Positions 20,464 through 33,700 of a stretch of 52,567 bases of DNA are shown here, one piece after another. Source of the DNA: Pelomyxa schiedti (lineage: Eukaryota > Protista > Evosea); contig JAHLWZ010000904.1 of NCBI GenBank assembly GCA_020536535.1, positions 1 to 52,567 of the forward strand, written 5' to 3'. Every line of letters begins with the position of its first letter. Within the stretch, counting starts at the first letter, position 1. The position numbers and the translations under genes were made by a program. The notes beneath the pieces are model-generated. The model saw only the letters and a list, made by a program, of their open reading frames with translations. It did not search any database and was not told the origin of the DNA.

Positions 20464-23400
20464 TCACGGCTTTTTCTTTTTGCCAGCCGGAGGAGCCCCC
20501 TTTGTCAGATGTGTTGTGAGTCTTTTCAGGTCCTCAGTGGTAACACTGAGAGTGACAACAAGCTTCTTCAGGGGATCAAGGTGTGGTGATTTTTTATTTG
20601 TGTACAGAACCATTTCCTGCAACAAAGGAGAGTGAATTTGATGTGGATGGATACGCAAAAAGTGGTGGAGTGCGATCTGGAGGATTTGATACCTGAGTGA
20701 TAAGGTAATACTCAGAAATACGGCTCAAGGGTCTCTGTAGACACGATTTAAGTTCGGCCTTATTCACAGCTTCGATTTCCTGAAGTAGGTAAGTACAGAA
20801 TTTCAACTTTGCTTATGTTAACGTACTAGGAGCCAGATGGTGAAAGGTCTATCATTGGAAGCCGCTTCAAAAGCTGAAAATTGAGCGGAGTAGCTTCCTA
20901 TGTAAGCGTTGTAAACATCAAGGAAATTCGGACCAAATAAGTCAGTTATTGTAGAATTTGTATCCCACTCAGTTTGCCGCCTTTCCAAGTCGGCGCTGAG
21001 TCTTGAGGTGATTGGTAAGTGTCACCCTTTAGGGGAGGGAAAATAACTTGGTGTGCTGAGTTATAAATTGCTCCCATGTGGTAAACAGTTTGTTGATTAT
21101 GGCAGTATCCACTGCTTGATCTCCCGTTCGATTTGCCAAAGCTTGTTTCATGGGAGTGATGAAGTTCTTTGTCGGTTTAAGACAACAGGATTATGTTCTT
21201 ATTGAAAAAAAGACTCCAAAAGTGGATGAGGAAGTTACCTGGTGAGTTGAATTGAGTTGTTTCACATACTCGTGCTCCGTATCAATCAGTTGCTGCAGTG
21301 CAGCAGCTAACTTTTTATCCAGTTCTGCTGTTACAAGTGAGGCATATTTTCGCGAGCCTTCCAGATTTCCAGACATTTGCTTTTCCCAGTTTAGGCAAAT
21401 AAAAATATGTAAAACGGAGATACCGTATCAACAAATATACTTGCCATCATCATTTCACGTGCTGCAGCGCAAGCTAGGTTGATCTCTTTTTTAACATCGT
21501 CGTATTCTTGTTGTGTAGGTAAGCCCACTAGGAATTTGCCTTCGGTGCATATTAGGTTGAAACTAAAGTTAGGCCCCGGCTGACAAGTGTTAGGAGGTTA
21601 CAATACCAAAATAAAGGAACCTGAATTGAACTAGTATTCAAGTTAATCTGAACATCAAAAGAATATTTGCCTGAACTTGTTTCTGGTTTGGTAATTACTG
21701 CCACATCATTGAACAACCATAAATGACGCTTTTTCTTGTTTATTAGCACAGAGAAGTCCCGGAGAAATTTGCGCTTTGCTTGGGAGGCAAGCTTTCCACT
21801 GTAGCCAACGAATTTGGCTTGTATATTGCACAATTCAGCAATTGTATCAGCATCATGCTTGTTTTCGTTAATGAAATCGGCTAGCTCTTTGATTGTAGCA
21901 AGTGCACCACTTAATGGGGCATGATCAGGATGAGTGGAAGGAGTGGATTTGAGCATGTCATTAAGCAGAAGTACATCTGATTTGTTCAGAAGATCAAAAA
22001 ATGGAAACTATTTTACATCGTGGAATTCTTTGAACAGGTACAATAAGAAGCCCTTCAAGATTGAGTCCACTGAGTGCAGGAGTGTAGTCAATAGACTAAT
22101 GTAGAGAAAAGTGGGCAAGGAAAACCGGGGAAAAAAAAAAAGCAGAAATGCCTACTTCCATATATTTCCGAAATTCTGCATGATTTTGCTTGCACTCTTT
22201 TAGGGTCATAAGACTACGACCATAGTTATTCACATAGTGCTTGTAAAGCTTGATCCATGCAGTCTACCCCAGTGATTACAGGAAATAAGGAAAGTAAGAC
22301 TTACTTCCTTTTGGAAAATATCCCCAAGTTGGGAATTTGGGTTCCAATCTTGCATTCGTTGTGTGAGTGTTTTCTTCAACCTTTTAAAGTTGGGTGATTG
22401 TTCACCTTTTGTTCCAAAAAAAAAAAACTATAAAACCATAAAAATAACACACCTTTCATGGCAGTCACGAATAACGGCAATATTACTGCTTGAGGTGAGA
22501 GGTTTTTCAAAATGAAGAGGAAAAACCTAAAGATGCTGTAAGTATCTTCTAAAGCTAATCCTCGAGTGTTGCTTTTCAGTTCTGTAACGAATTTCTTTTA
22601 AGTAACTGTTAGGCTATAAATTAATGATTTCACAGTACATTCATAATAAGGTTGACTTGGTGTGTGTATGTTTCCTCAGTTTGAAGTGTTTCTTGGGCTA
22701 TCCTCCGCCTTTTGGTAAGCATTTCGGGAAGTTTCTCCAACTCTTCAGGTGTGACGCCAGATACCCAATCCCCAAGTGTCGACATGTCCAGGGTTGCTAT
22801 ACATGAAATTTATTTAAGAAGGTTGGGAATGGAAAGCTACAAGCAGGGTTTGGGGTAGGAGCTGGACTTGGAGAAGAGTTTGGAGTTGATGAGGCTGCAC
22901 TTGTATCACCACCAGAACTATCTGACAGAGTTGCAGTAACTTCAGGCTGAGTGGTACTGGTTGGAGGTGTCCCTGCCTCTTCCTCTTCAGTTTTCTTCGG
23001 GAGGGGTGGCGGTGGCCGGCGCGGAGGCGCCGATAAAGGGTCATATTTCTCCGTGCTGTGTTGCTCCGCTGTTGATGCTTCGGTGCTAGGTGTGGTGCTA
23101 GTTTGTTGAGTAGTAGTGGGCTGAGTTGATAGTAGAGTAGATGATAGTGCGGATGATGGCGTGGCAGCAGAGGAATCTTGAGTGCTTGTAGCGAGTGTGC
23201 TCGTGCTTGTAGTGGGACTTGTTGCCAAAGGAGTTGGTGATGCTGGAGTTGTTGCCAGGGAAGCAGATGAATGCAGGGTGGATGAAGTAGATGGAGACGA
23301 TGAAGAAAGATTGGGCGACGATGAATGCAGGGTGGATGGAGAAGTCGGTGACCCAATTCCAGAAGAAAGAGAAACGCTTCTGGACGACGAAATGAGGATA

Positions 23401-23609
23401 TTGCTGGTGGAGCGTTGTGGCCTAGAAGGCGTGAATTTTGACATGGACGGCGACCCAGGCGCAAACGACGTGGTCGTCGTCGAAGTGACGTGCGTGTCGT
23501 CTTTAGATGATGCAGTGGGACTTGTGCTAGAAGGTGACGCAGATCCCGACGACGAATTTAGAGACATCGTCGTTGCGCAACGGCGGAAACTGGGCGAAGG
23601 TGTGGTCAT
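20464..23609 (-). CDS. RhoGEF (Ser/Thr-rich N-terminus, DH-PH-DH)
   Basis: RRRIAQETLQTEETY and PVQRIPR|YVLLLNDMLKSTPSTHPDH (DH1); KRHLWLFNDVAVITK (PH); QQLIDTEHEYVKQL...CLQRPLSRISEYYL (DH2). Confidence 0.85.
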
Positions 23610-23958
23610 TCTTGCGTTAAATGTACTACAACTACAACCGTATGTCGCAGACCCGTTGTTGCGGCCGAGATCTTTGTTGTCACTCAACAAAACTCTCTGC
23701 TTGTTTGTTTGTCTTTTTGTTCTTGTGTTTTTTAATCCGTTGTGCTTTTCCAGATCTCCATCGGAACGGCGGGTCACGTTGTGTAAAAGAAAAATTCGGA
23801 AAACTGGGTTGTGTGTTTAGAAAAAGAATGAGTTTATTCTTTTGCCGCTGTGTTAGAAAGGGGCCAAAAAGGCCTTTTAATTTCGAGTGGTGGCGAAATG
23901 ACATGCAACGGGATGGGGTGCTAAAAAAAAGGTGTGTTGGAGCCAACGTTGCTTGTCC

Positions 23959-25893
23959 TCAGGCCGTGAATATAAACAAGTTGTTGTGACAGGTGATTGC
24001 CATGAGGTTCAAGCTGGGGTGGTATGCCAAATGAACAACCTTGCGGGCCAGGTCCAGTGTGTCAGCATTGATTTGCGGCGGTATCCTTTTCGGCATTGGC
24101 TTCGGCTGCACTCTGTTAGCGTGCAGCAGTGTGTCGTTGCTTCCATTGATCTCAAAGGTGCGGAAGAGGCGCCCGTAACTTCCAGTCATCATTTGCCTGT
24201 GTAGCATATAAGACGAGATATACTTGCTCTGGATCGAGAAGGGAAAAGCCATACGTGGAATCCCCGTTGACTGCACACTCGAATTTGTCAAAGATGTTCT
24301 CGGATTCGTATAAATCCGTCAACTTTGACTTCAGATAGTCGTGAACATGCACGACCTTGACTGGACGACTATCCATGTTGATGTCCCACAACTGTGTTGT
24401 TGGGTTATTCTTATTTGAAGGGGCATAGGATTACCTTCAGCGTCATAAAATCACGGGAAACAAGATAGCGACCGTCAAGACTAAACTTGAGGTCAGATAT
24501 GGACATCGTCACGTCTGCGAAGAAGCTACGATTGGATGTATCTTCCGGCTCTTCAAAAACTGAAAGAAAAGGTGAACAGTTTCTAAATGAAGATTGGCAC
24601 AACCTCTGACAGTACTGGTATCACAGAGTGAAGACTGGCGCAAGTCGCCAAGCCTAATGGCACCTCGGGATGAACTGTATGCAAAAAGGGAGCAATGGGA
24701 CGGATGGAACTCAGCACAAGTGATAACCTCTGCAAGTTCTTCCATATTTGGGGGCTTAATGTCAACTATGTCTATTTTCATTGTTAAATCCAGCAGCCGA
24801 GGGTGCAGGAGAAATACTGAATGTTTGCTCATTGTGGTTCAAATTCCACAAATTAATTCTCAAATCGTCAGCAGAAATGAAAGTTTCTTGATCACTGAAG
24901 ATTTTTAGTGGGGGAAGAAAAAGAGATCTCACCTGTTGACTGAAATGGAGTGGATGTGGAAAGTGTGTGCATTGCTGTACACAAAACGCGTTGTGGCCAT
25001 TTTGACAGATTCTCCTGTTGGGGTCACCCGGGGTACTTGCAACCCATCAGTGGAAGATGATTTCTGATTTTACCACATGTATTTGGTTAAACGGGAGGCC
25101 GCTTGTGGTGGTTTTTGGTTGTGGTTGGTAAATTACCACAATACTTTTGGGTTTTCTTTCAAAAACTTTCCATAGTTTAATTGTCTTATCTGTATAAAAT
25201 GAGTGCAAAGGGGCATTGTTGAACTGTTTTCAAACCGTTAGTGGTAAGTAAGTGGTGTGCTTCGGCCCTTCTGTGTAAGAATCTTATTTTATTTATCTTT
25301 TCTTCAATATCCATGCTCTTGAGGCAATCAAATTCAAGTACGTGGCTTTGAAACTCTTGGCAGAATTTAAATTCGACTTTGCACCCAGGATCTGCTCTAT
25401 TTCTATTCTTGTCCTAGGTTGTACAGAGTGAGAGGGGAAAAGGTAACACTCCCCTTTGGAAGAATTACTTTAGTGTCATCTTTCTTGAACATGACAATTC
25501 TGCCACCTTTGTCACCAGCGGCAAGGTACTCCCCTGTCGAATCGAATTGTACTGCGCTCACAATGTCCGCTGAATTAAAACCGATGAGGTAAATGAAGAG
25601 ACAAAGTGGAAAAAAAGACAAGGCGAAACGCTCGAGAAGGGAAGAAAAAAACGCAGGGGAGGGAGAGAAAAAACAAAAAACGGACCTTCGGGGATGGGGT
25701 CGTTTGGGTTTTCTATTCCACCAAACACTTGGTTCAACCGCCACTCCATTATGGCTTTGGCAGCGGGAGGTGTAGCGAGTTTATTATTGGGTGTAGGTGA
25801 AGTACCAGGTGACGCAGTAGGTGTGGACGTAGGTGACGAACGAGATGTAGATCCGTTCGCTGGTGTTCCGCCGGTTTCCGCCTTCGGGTCCAT
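23959..25893 (-). CDS. PPP2R2: Protein phosphatase 2A regulatory subunit B (B55/PR55)
   Basis: [74 protein letters not shown]. Confidence 0.96.
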
Positions 25894-26246
25894 TTTATTT
25901 TATAAAATAACTGCCGCTGCCAGAAAACTCAATATGACAAGCAGGGGAGTGGTGTCTTTTTTTTGTTGTTTTTTTGTTTTTGTGGGTGTGGTGTACTAGG
26001 GACTCGTGAGGCACCGCGGAGATCGCCCGGTGTGTTCTTTCGATTTTTTTTTGTTTTTCGCTTCGCTCTTGTTGTTTTTTCTTCTTCGTTTCACAGTTTA
26101 ATTTTTTTTGTCTTGCTCGAGTTTTTTTTTTTTTTGTTTACAAAAATGGGTATTGACTTTCGTGTTTGTTTCGATCTGTGTCTCATCCCTTGGGCTGTAG
26201 AGGGTCACATAGCAAAAGCCAATACAATCACGGAACACAGAGTGAC

Positions 26247-27520
26247 TCAGGAAAACAGAGGGGTGAATTCTATCAGTGGGGAAAAGTTTAGTGAGGGTGC
26301 CGGCCTATATGGAGAACCGCTATTGTTTGGCACATTTGTGGTAGCTGTTGGTTCTGTGGTTGTTGATGGTGAGAAAGGAGAGAGCAAGGGGTAAAAGGAG
26401 GGAGGGGCGTGTGCTGGAAAAGTTATGGTAGGAACCGCTGTGAGGTTGTTGTACGCTGTTGGGAATGTCATTGCTGAGGGTGGTGGATGCTTGAACAGGG
26501 AGTATTCTACAAATTCATCAAACAATATTGGCCCTGAATTTTTAGTTTTTTTGGTTGGTTTCGTTCATTGGTTATGGTTTTTTGTTAGTGCATACAAGCT
26601 TCATTTTTGTTGTAGTCAGCCAAGGAATGTTGTCGAGAAAATTCCCAAAAGCACAACCATTGGTCACGTGATATGAATTTAACGTTTGTCTCCTGGGGGA
26701 GAATGAGCAATTTGCACATTGAAATAGCGGAACCATCACATGATGGTTCAAACAAATGCACATTTCACCTTGATGAACTGAGTAAATGTTGCCACATGTG
26801 GACAGTTTGGAAGAACCAGGTCCCACATATGAAGTGCAGTACCCACATCCAGACGTTTTTTGCTCACTCCCTCACAACAGAAATCAAAAGTCCATCTGTA
26901 CAGTTCAAAGTATCGCTGAGGATTTTGTTGAACATCAATCCAGGTGTCTTCCAATGTCTTCTTAAGAGTTGGCCCTGATGAACAGCTTGTTTTGATTTCA
27001 AAACCAAGTCAATGCAATGGCGGAGGAAAAAAAAATGTAAGGAAATAGGGTAAGCACCCAAGTTTCACAAGCCCTTCAACGAATTGGTTTCGTGTAAGTA
27101 CTCCAGGAGAAGTCCCATCAAGTTGCCAGAAAAGAATAAGTGCCATCACCTGGTTTTGTTGGTAGGCCACTTTTTTTTTTCCCCGCCATGTTCAAAGAGG
27201 GCAAGGGGAGAAAAAATGCCTTGGAAGTGTCAATCTCAACATACTCACAGAATGTCCTAATTGCTTGGGGACCCATTGTATCTCCGAGAGGGTCCTTGCA
27301 TTGCTCATACCATCTTGTAACCGTTTCTCGTATTTCAGAAAGCGCCGTTCTTCGTGCTTTGTTTGTCCTTTCGTCGAGAAAACCCTGCACGATGGTTCGT
27401 GCTTGAAAACACAAGACGCGCACAAACACGAAAAAAAAAAAATGAAAAGAGAACAACCAAGAAGCCAAAAAGAGTTGTGGGTACCGTGTTGTGTGTTGGT
27501 TTACGCTTGCGTGTCGACAT
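26247..27520 (-). CDS. DCN1-like (DCUN1D) neddylation E3 protein
   Basis: N-terminal MSTRKRK; MGPQAIRTFCEYVEID; FELYRWTFDF..KKRLDVGTALHMWDLVL; ISRDQW; PILFDEFVEY (PONY domain). Confidence 0.85.
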
Positions 27521-27732
27521 CGTGCACCGGCTTGCCTTTTTTTTTGTTTTTAAAAAGTGGGTTTTTCATCTCTTGCCCTGCAAAAAACTCCCCACAAGTT
27601 GCTGTCTCTAAGTTGCTCTACTCGTCTCTTGAGATCTCTAACTCTCAAGTTGACTCTTTCAACCAATGAGGCTCTATTCATCCTCGTCTAGCCCCAAACA
27701 GGCGTTCCAGCAACTTGGGTCATCCAACTGAT

Positions 27733-28080
27733 TTATTCTGAGCCGGCTTCGTTGCCGGCGACCAAAAGCCCCGCACCCCAACACCGTTGATACCTGGGGA
27801 CACCACGCCCAAACCAATTAACAAATAGTGTCGGGTTAGCATACGACATCAAGCAGATCTTGCAACAGCGTTGCCCGCCGACCACTTCATAGTGGCAACA
27901 TGAGTGGAATTGCTGCCGGACAACGACGTGGTCACACCAGGATCTTCTGTTTAGGCTGGTCACACCAGGTGTTTCAATCAATTGGAGTCTACAAAACTGC
28001 TCCATCATTATATCTCCCATCTTCAAATCACGGTGTGCAATGGGGGTAGTAGCCATGTATTTCAAATGTTCTAGAGCAGG
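27733..28080 (-). pseudogene. Isolated protein kinase fragment
   Basis: ALEHLKYMATTPIAHRDLKMGDIMM (subdomain VIa/VIb) with no N-lobe or DFG/APE. It sits immediately downstream of the BBS8 stop. Confidence 0.5.
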
Positions 28081-28168
28081 AACAGATTTTCATTTTTCGT
28101 TGGTTGGGTTTTTTTTGAATGAAAACTCCAAAATGTAATTACATTCACAGGCAGCTTTGGGTACCTAT

Positions 28169-30449
28169 TTATGTGGTGAAGTGCTCGTCGAGCATCCTCT
28201 TGAGTTCTTGGGAGTCCTGGTGGTCAGGGAAAAGGTCCAGTGCACGGGAAACAAGTTGGAAGCTCTCCTGCAAATCACCCAGTCGGAACATCAGCAGTGC
28301 TGTGGGGCTGTTACTTCACAAAAACCAACCAAAAAGGAAAGTCTACCGCCATTGAACAAGGGTTCGTGAAGATGTGGACAGTTGTACTGCGCACTCTTGA
28401 AGCACATCAGGGCTTGATCCATTGCCTGCTGGTTCCTCAGTTCCAATACCTGTTGAATGAAGTTGGGCTACTTGGAATGGTAAACCATCGGGTAAAAATA
28501 CCCCAAGATTGTTCAGTGCTTCGCCGTGATTTGGGTCTATTGACAGAGTTATCTTGAAGGCGTGCATTGCCATAGTGGTGTCCCCAAGTCCAATCCCTAC
28601 GTGGCCGATATTGTACCAGATGTCCGCTATGTTGGAGTCATCAGCAAGTTCCAATGCTCGCCGAAAACAGTTTATAGCCATATCAAACTGAGAAAAGTGA
28701 ATGGGAGAATTGTCAATGAAGAAACTAACCTGCTGTGAATAAAAGCAAGCTAGCCCCACATTGTTCCACAATTCAGCGTTTTCCACACCCATCTGTAATA
28801 GTCGTCGGTAGTAGCGAAGAGATAGCTCTTCTTGGTTGTTGTAAAAGTGTGAACTCCCAAGGCAAGCAATGGACTCGATATTTGAACTATCAAAATGAAG
28901 TGCCTGGCAAATAATTTTACAAAGTAATCTATTAAGCCACATGTGTACCTTTTTGTAGTTCAGCAGTGATTCTTTGTTATCACCTATCGCATCATACACA
29001 CGTGCAACTCCAAGTATTAGTGACACTTCACCAGGAAATTTTTCGGAGGATGACTGGTAGTACTCTAATGCCTTATTGGGTTGATCCAGGCGTAAGTAGA
29101 CTTTGCATAACCAGAGGTAGGTCTCGATCATGGCCTATCTAGAGATCAATGCTAAACACAGTGGTTCTTTTACAAGTAGACCTGGTCTCGTAAGGAGCTC
29201 TGGAATTGTTTTTCTGCTTCTCTAAACAGTCCCAGCCGGTAATAGCATTTTCCTATTTGTGCTTTCCACCACCAGTCCTTAAACCTATTTAAAAGTTGCG
29301 GAGTTAGTTGAGGTAAAGTACTATGTTTTGATGACGAAAAGAGAGCTCACTCAGCGACCCTGGTACACTCTGCAGCCAGTTCCAAGGCTTTGGTTGCATT
29401 GTTCTCATGATGAAGCAAATAGTTGAAAAGAATCTAGATTTGTTGGGCTGCTTCACTTGTGAAAGGAAGCCTTACCTTCGAGAGAGTAGGCCGTCTTGCA
29501 TATTTACGGAAATCCAACTTCCCAACTGTTACGAATTCGCTTGGAGAGTCTGCTATCATTGACGCCGTTCCTAATCGTACATATCTTACAATTCGGTGAG
29601 ATTAATACAAAAAGGAAAGAAGAAAAACCTGCCGGATGCCGTAATTGGCCGAGAAGCACACGTTACAGGACGAGAGGTTTCAGGCCTTACACCAGTAAGT
29701 GCATTTCTAAGTGTTTGCTGAACAGAACTTGACATTGGGCGCCTGATATGAGCGAATAAGAGGTAAAGTATAACTTACAGAGGAAAAGAAACATACCCAC
29801 TAGCAGACCCCGGCCTGGCGTAACCTGAGATAGGTCGACCAGAGCTGCTTGTAGGTCTTTCCGCAGGAGTTGATAAGCGTTTGAGAAGGGAATCCGCACC
29901 TCCTCCCACAGCACTAGTGCCTGGGCGCTGTATGGAAGTTCCTGGTCTATAAATTGGATCAATGACTGGAAAGGGGTGCATTTGTGAAGGTTTTCCCAAA
30001 AGCAGACTGTTTGGTGTTTTTTTTTTTACCTTGGGGTCTCCTGTATCGCATTCTCATCAAGCAAGATATCAGCAACCCCTTGATCTTCCCATTCAGTTTC
30101 ATCCACATACTTCAATGCCGTCAATGCTCTACACTTTACTGACCTGTGTGGAACTTAAAAAGTCAGATTGTTATATACTGTTTGTGAGAGTGGAATTTGA
30201 AGTGAAGGGTTTTGGTTGTTTGTGCTTTTTTGCTCGTTTGTTTTCTCCCATAACGAATACTGCAATTCGCATACGTACCACGCTTGTTGGTCACGAGGGT
30301 TCGCCGACAACATTGCCGAACATACTTCGATGCACTCTTTGAATCTTGCTTGTATGTGAGACAATATTTTGGGTGACAGGTGTCAGTTACTTTCTTTTTC
30401 TCAAATAACTCATCGCCCGCCACAGCCCTGGCAACTGTTGGTTGTCCAT
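28169..30449 (-). CDS. TTC8: BBSome subunit BBS8 (tetratricopeptide repeat protein 8)
   Basis: AMSYLRKRKFKECIEVC..PRDQQAW; RPGTS; SGRPISGYARP; DWWWKAQIGKCYYRLG; KVYLRLDQP; RYYRRLLQMGV; ADIWYNIG. A short upstream exon from ~30533 is possible. Confidence 0.95.
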
Positions 30450-30792
30450 CTCCTAATTTGTTTCGTCAAAGTGTGTTTGTTAGGGGAACGGATCCGAAAC
30501 CCCTTGGAGTTGTGATGAGACGGAAGGATTCATGGATTGGGGCGACAGTCCAAGGAGTGGCGTCAAAGGAGAGGTTCGGGAGACTTGAGTCCCCAGCCTG
30601 ACTATCACAGATTCGTTGATGCATTGTGCAGAAAATTTTGACTTTCAGTAAAGTGTAGAACTGCGAACGGAAATCCCCACCGGAGGAGAGTTTCTTTTTT
30701 AGAAAGGCCACGAAGTTTATAGCATTCCTGAAACCCGAGAAGTGTTGCAACATTGAGCGTTTTGGCGTGCGTTGCCAGCCGGCTCAGGGTCC

Positions 30793-33700
30793 ATGAAAGA
30801 CTTACGATTTTGGTTTATTCTTTCATGCTTTTGCAGTAGTATCTTCTTGGCACAAGGTGTTGGGGCAGAAGAATGTATGGATGAAGTTGTTGGGATAAGA
30901 GGTTCTGATGTGACTGTCAAGTGAGTATCCTATTGGACCTTTCTATGATCACTTGGCTATGAGCACACTTTGTCATTAACCCCGTCTGTTCCCAGTTTGT
31001 TTACCACAATTGCTGGGACTGTAGCTGCTGCAGGTGTAAGGCACTCTGAGCTACCAGCGCAGGCTGGGGCATGTGATTCAAGTGCAGTCATATTAAATTA
31101 TACAGTGGCTGATTGTAGTGATGCAGTGGAAAGCTTGTGCAACGGCACCACTCCTTTCGGTGTTGTGAGTTCTATTTGTGCTCACCATTCAACTCTTAAT
31201 GGTATGTACACAGATTCTTTAGTAAATTGTGAAATGACACTGGAGATTGCAGGTACATGCTACAACTCTGCAAGGCGTTACGTTGGAGTGCCATTCGTGG
31301 GTAGTGCATATGTACTAATGGTCAATGCTGTGGGGTTGTGGACCCAAACTGTGAAGCTCTCAAGAAATGCACTCATTTCAATCATAACTGGAAGAGTATC
31401 ACTGTGGGGTGACCCATTAATTGTAGCCACAAACCCAAATCTTCCTTCGTCACTGCTGTATGTATTCCTCGTTTGCAGAGCTTGTTAATCCAAGTCAGAA
31501 ATCAAAGCATCACTGTTGTTTGGCCTCCAGTTGAAAGGCAAGACTTTTTAGAGGATGCCTTGATGGCATTTGGGGCTCCAAGCAGGTCTCAGTGGGTCAC
31601 CGGGGTAACTGCTACTCCAACAACCCCTGGTGACATTGAGTATTCTACTTTTTTACTTTGTATGAAACCCTTTCCTGTTTTTCTTAGAATTAAGGTGTCC
31701 ACAGGTCGTAGTACGTCATATTCAATAGCATTTGTTGACAGAGCCATAAGTATACATCTTGTGTAGTTTCGTGCCTTCTTATTTCTCATAGCGGCTCTCA
31801 ATTTGTGGACAGCGGTTGCACTATTAGAAAACCACGATGGAGAATTTATTGATCCCTCTCCTGAAGCAATCACTGCTGCAATCAATTCTGCAGATTACAG
31901 TACATCTATTTCGTGGCCTCTACCTGACTTTCTTAATCCCTCTGGAAAAGTGTCTTGGCCGTACGTTGAGTTATAAGTTTATTTATCTATCTCTGATTCT
32001 CAACAGCTTTCCAATAGTGTACACCATTCTCCTGAATCTTCAGGAATCAAGTGACGTTGTAAGTTGTGATGCATACTCCAACTTTCTACAGGTTACCCAA
32101 TGCCAGTGCTCGATCTTCTAAACTCCTCTTAGCTTATACATACAATGCTTACTTCCTCGACAGCTTCTTCCGTCATTCTTCTCGAAGGTTTCATTTCATT
32201 ATCTCGCTCCGTCCTGCAAAGTTCTTCTGTTCATACAAGCTTGAAAGTATTAACTTCCTCGTTGATTTGAATGTCAATCTTTCATAGGCAACTTGCAACG
32301 GCGTCAGCGCCATTCCAAATGAAATTTTTCTGAGAGGAATAGGACCACTTGTAATGATAGATATAATCAATTCATTAGCCGTATCGTATGTGTGTTTTTT
32401 TCCTCAGACATTCAAGTAAAACGGCCTCAGATTCCAGACAATGAACCCTGGACTGACCATGAGTGCTGATAGAGGTACAGTTTTTTTTTTTATATTCTCT
32501 TGTCCTTATTCCTACAAGCATGGGCGGATGTTTGGGAAAATGAATTGAGCTTTGGTGTAGCCGATTTTGCCTTAACTGTTGATGGCATGACATCATTCCG
32601 TACCAACCGCTCCTCTGACTACATAATGATACCACTTCTTGGAGGTCTCTCAACTCACTCAAATCAATTGAATAACTTTTATCAGTACCTTCTGTTATAG
32701 TGTACAACATTCCAGAGTTGGTTGGGCATGATCCCCTTGTTTTATCCCGTGATGTTATCACAAAGATTTTTTTTGGCAACATCACAATGTACTTTGGTTG
32801 TTTCTTAGTTATTGTACCAATAGAATTCAGGTGGAATGATACTGAAATTACTTCCCTACAAACACCCGATCTTCGTTCTCTTATTCCAGCAGAGCCCATT
32901 ATAGTAATTTTTCAGACAGTACCACATGAACAAATTAAGGTAAGAAGTAGGTAATTCTATCTTTGTTAAAAAAACAAGGTGTTAAACGCCGCTCTTTCCT
33001 TGTTTTCTGAAGAATGGGTAAGCTTTATTGTGGGAGGTTTTCTCTGACCTTTACCAGGCTCGGGAAGTCGGGATTCAATCTCTGGCGAATTGGCCGCTTC
33101 TCGAAAAAGAGGGCGCTCACTTCATCACGGTGGATGACTGCAATGGTGTGATTTAAATTTACTACCGTGTGCACTGATTAGTCCAGAACATATAATTGCC
33201 TTTGGAAGTACCCCATATGCGTTATCCTATACTACATGCACTTCAGCAATTTCCCTACGGTGGCAGTATTCGAATATGATAAATAAGTTCAATGATACCC
33301 TGCAACCCAACTCTACAACAGTTGAGGCTGCTCTCAAACAAGCTGGTGTGCCCAATGACATCAATTCTATTGAATCACTGTCATCTAGGAAGTGACCCAT
33401 TTATGTCGCTTCTTGATTTAAATTCCTCCAATGCCTGGCCCATTACTACGATATACTTTGCAACATTTATGAAAGAATGGGTGGACTGTAAAGCAGAATC
33501 TAAGGTCTTCTTTCTTCTTCCCAACTGACCAACCAACTTGCTGATGCAGCTGACCGAATTTTGGTTGTGGATAATTGAGAACCAAACAGCACGCCTAGGA
33601 AGACAGGATCGAGTTTATACCTCTAATTTCACCCAATACTCGTACCTACAGCTTTGTCTGGTATCCAAAAAGAATCTTCCCACTTATTCATTTCCCCAGG

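Noticed and set aside
23182-23989. + strand ORFs of 212 and 122 aa
   Set aside because: Antisense to the Ser/Thr-rich RhoGEF N-terminus and intergenic DNA.
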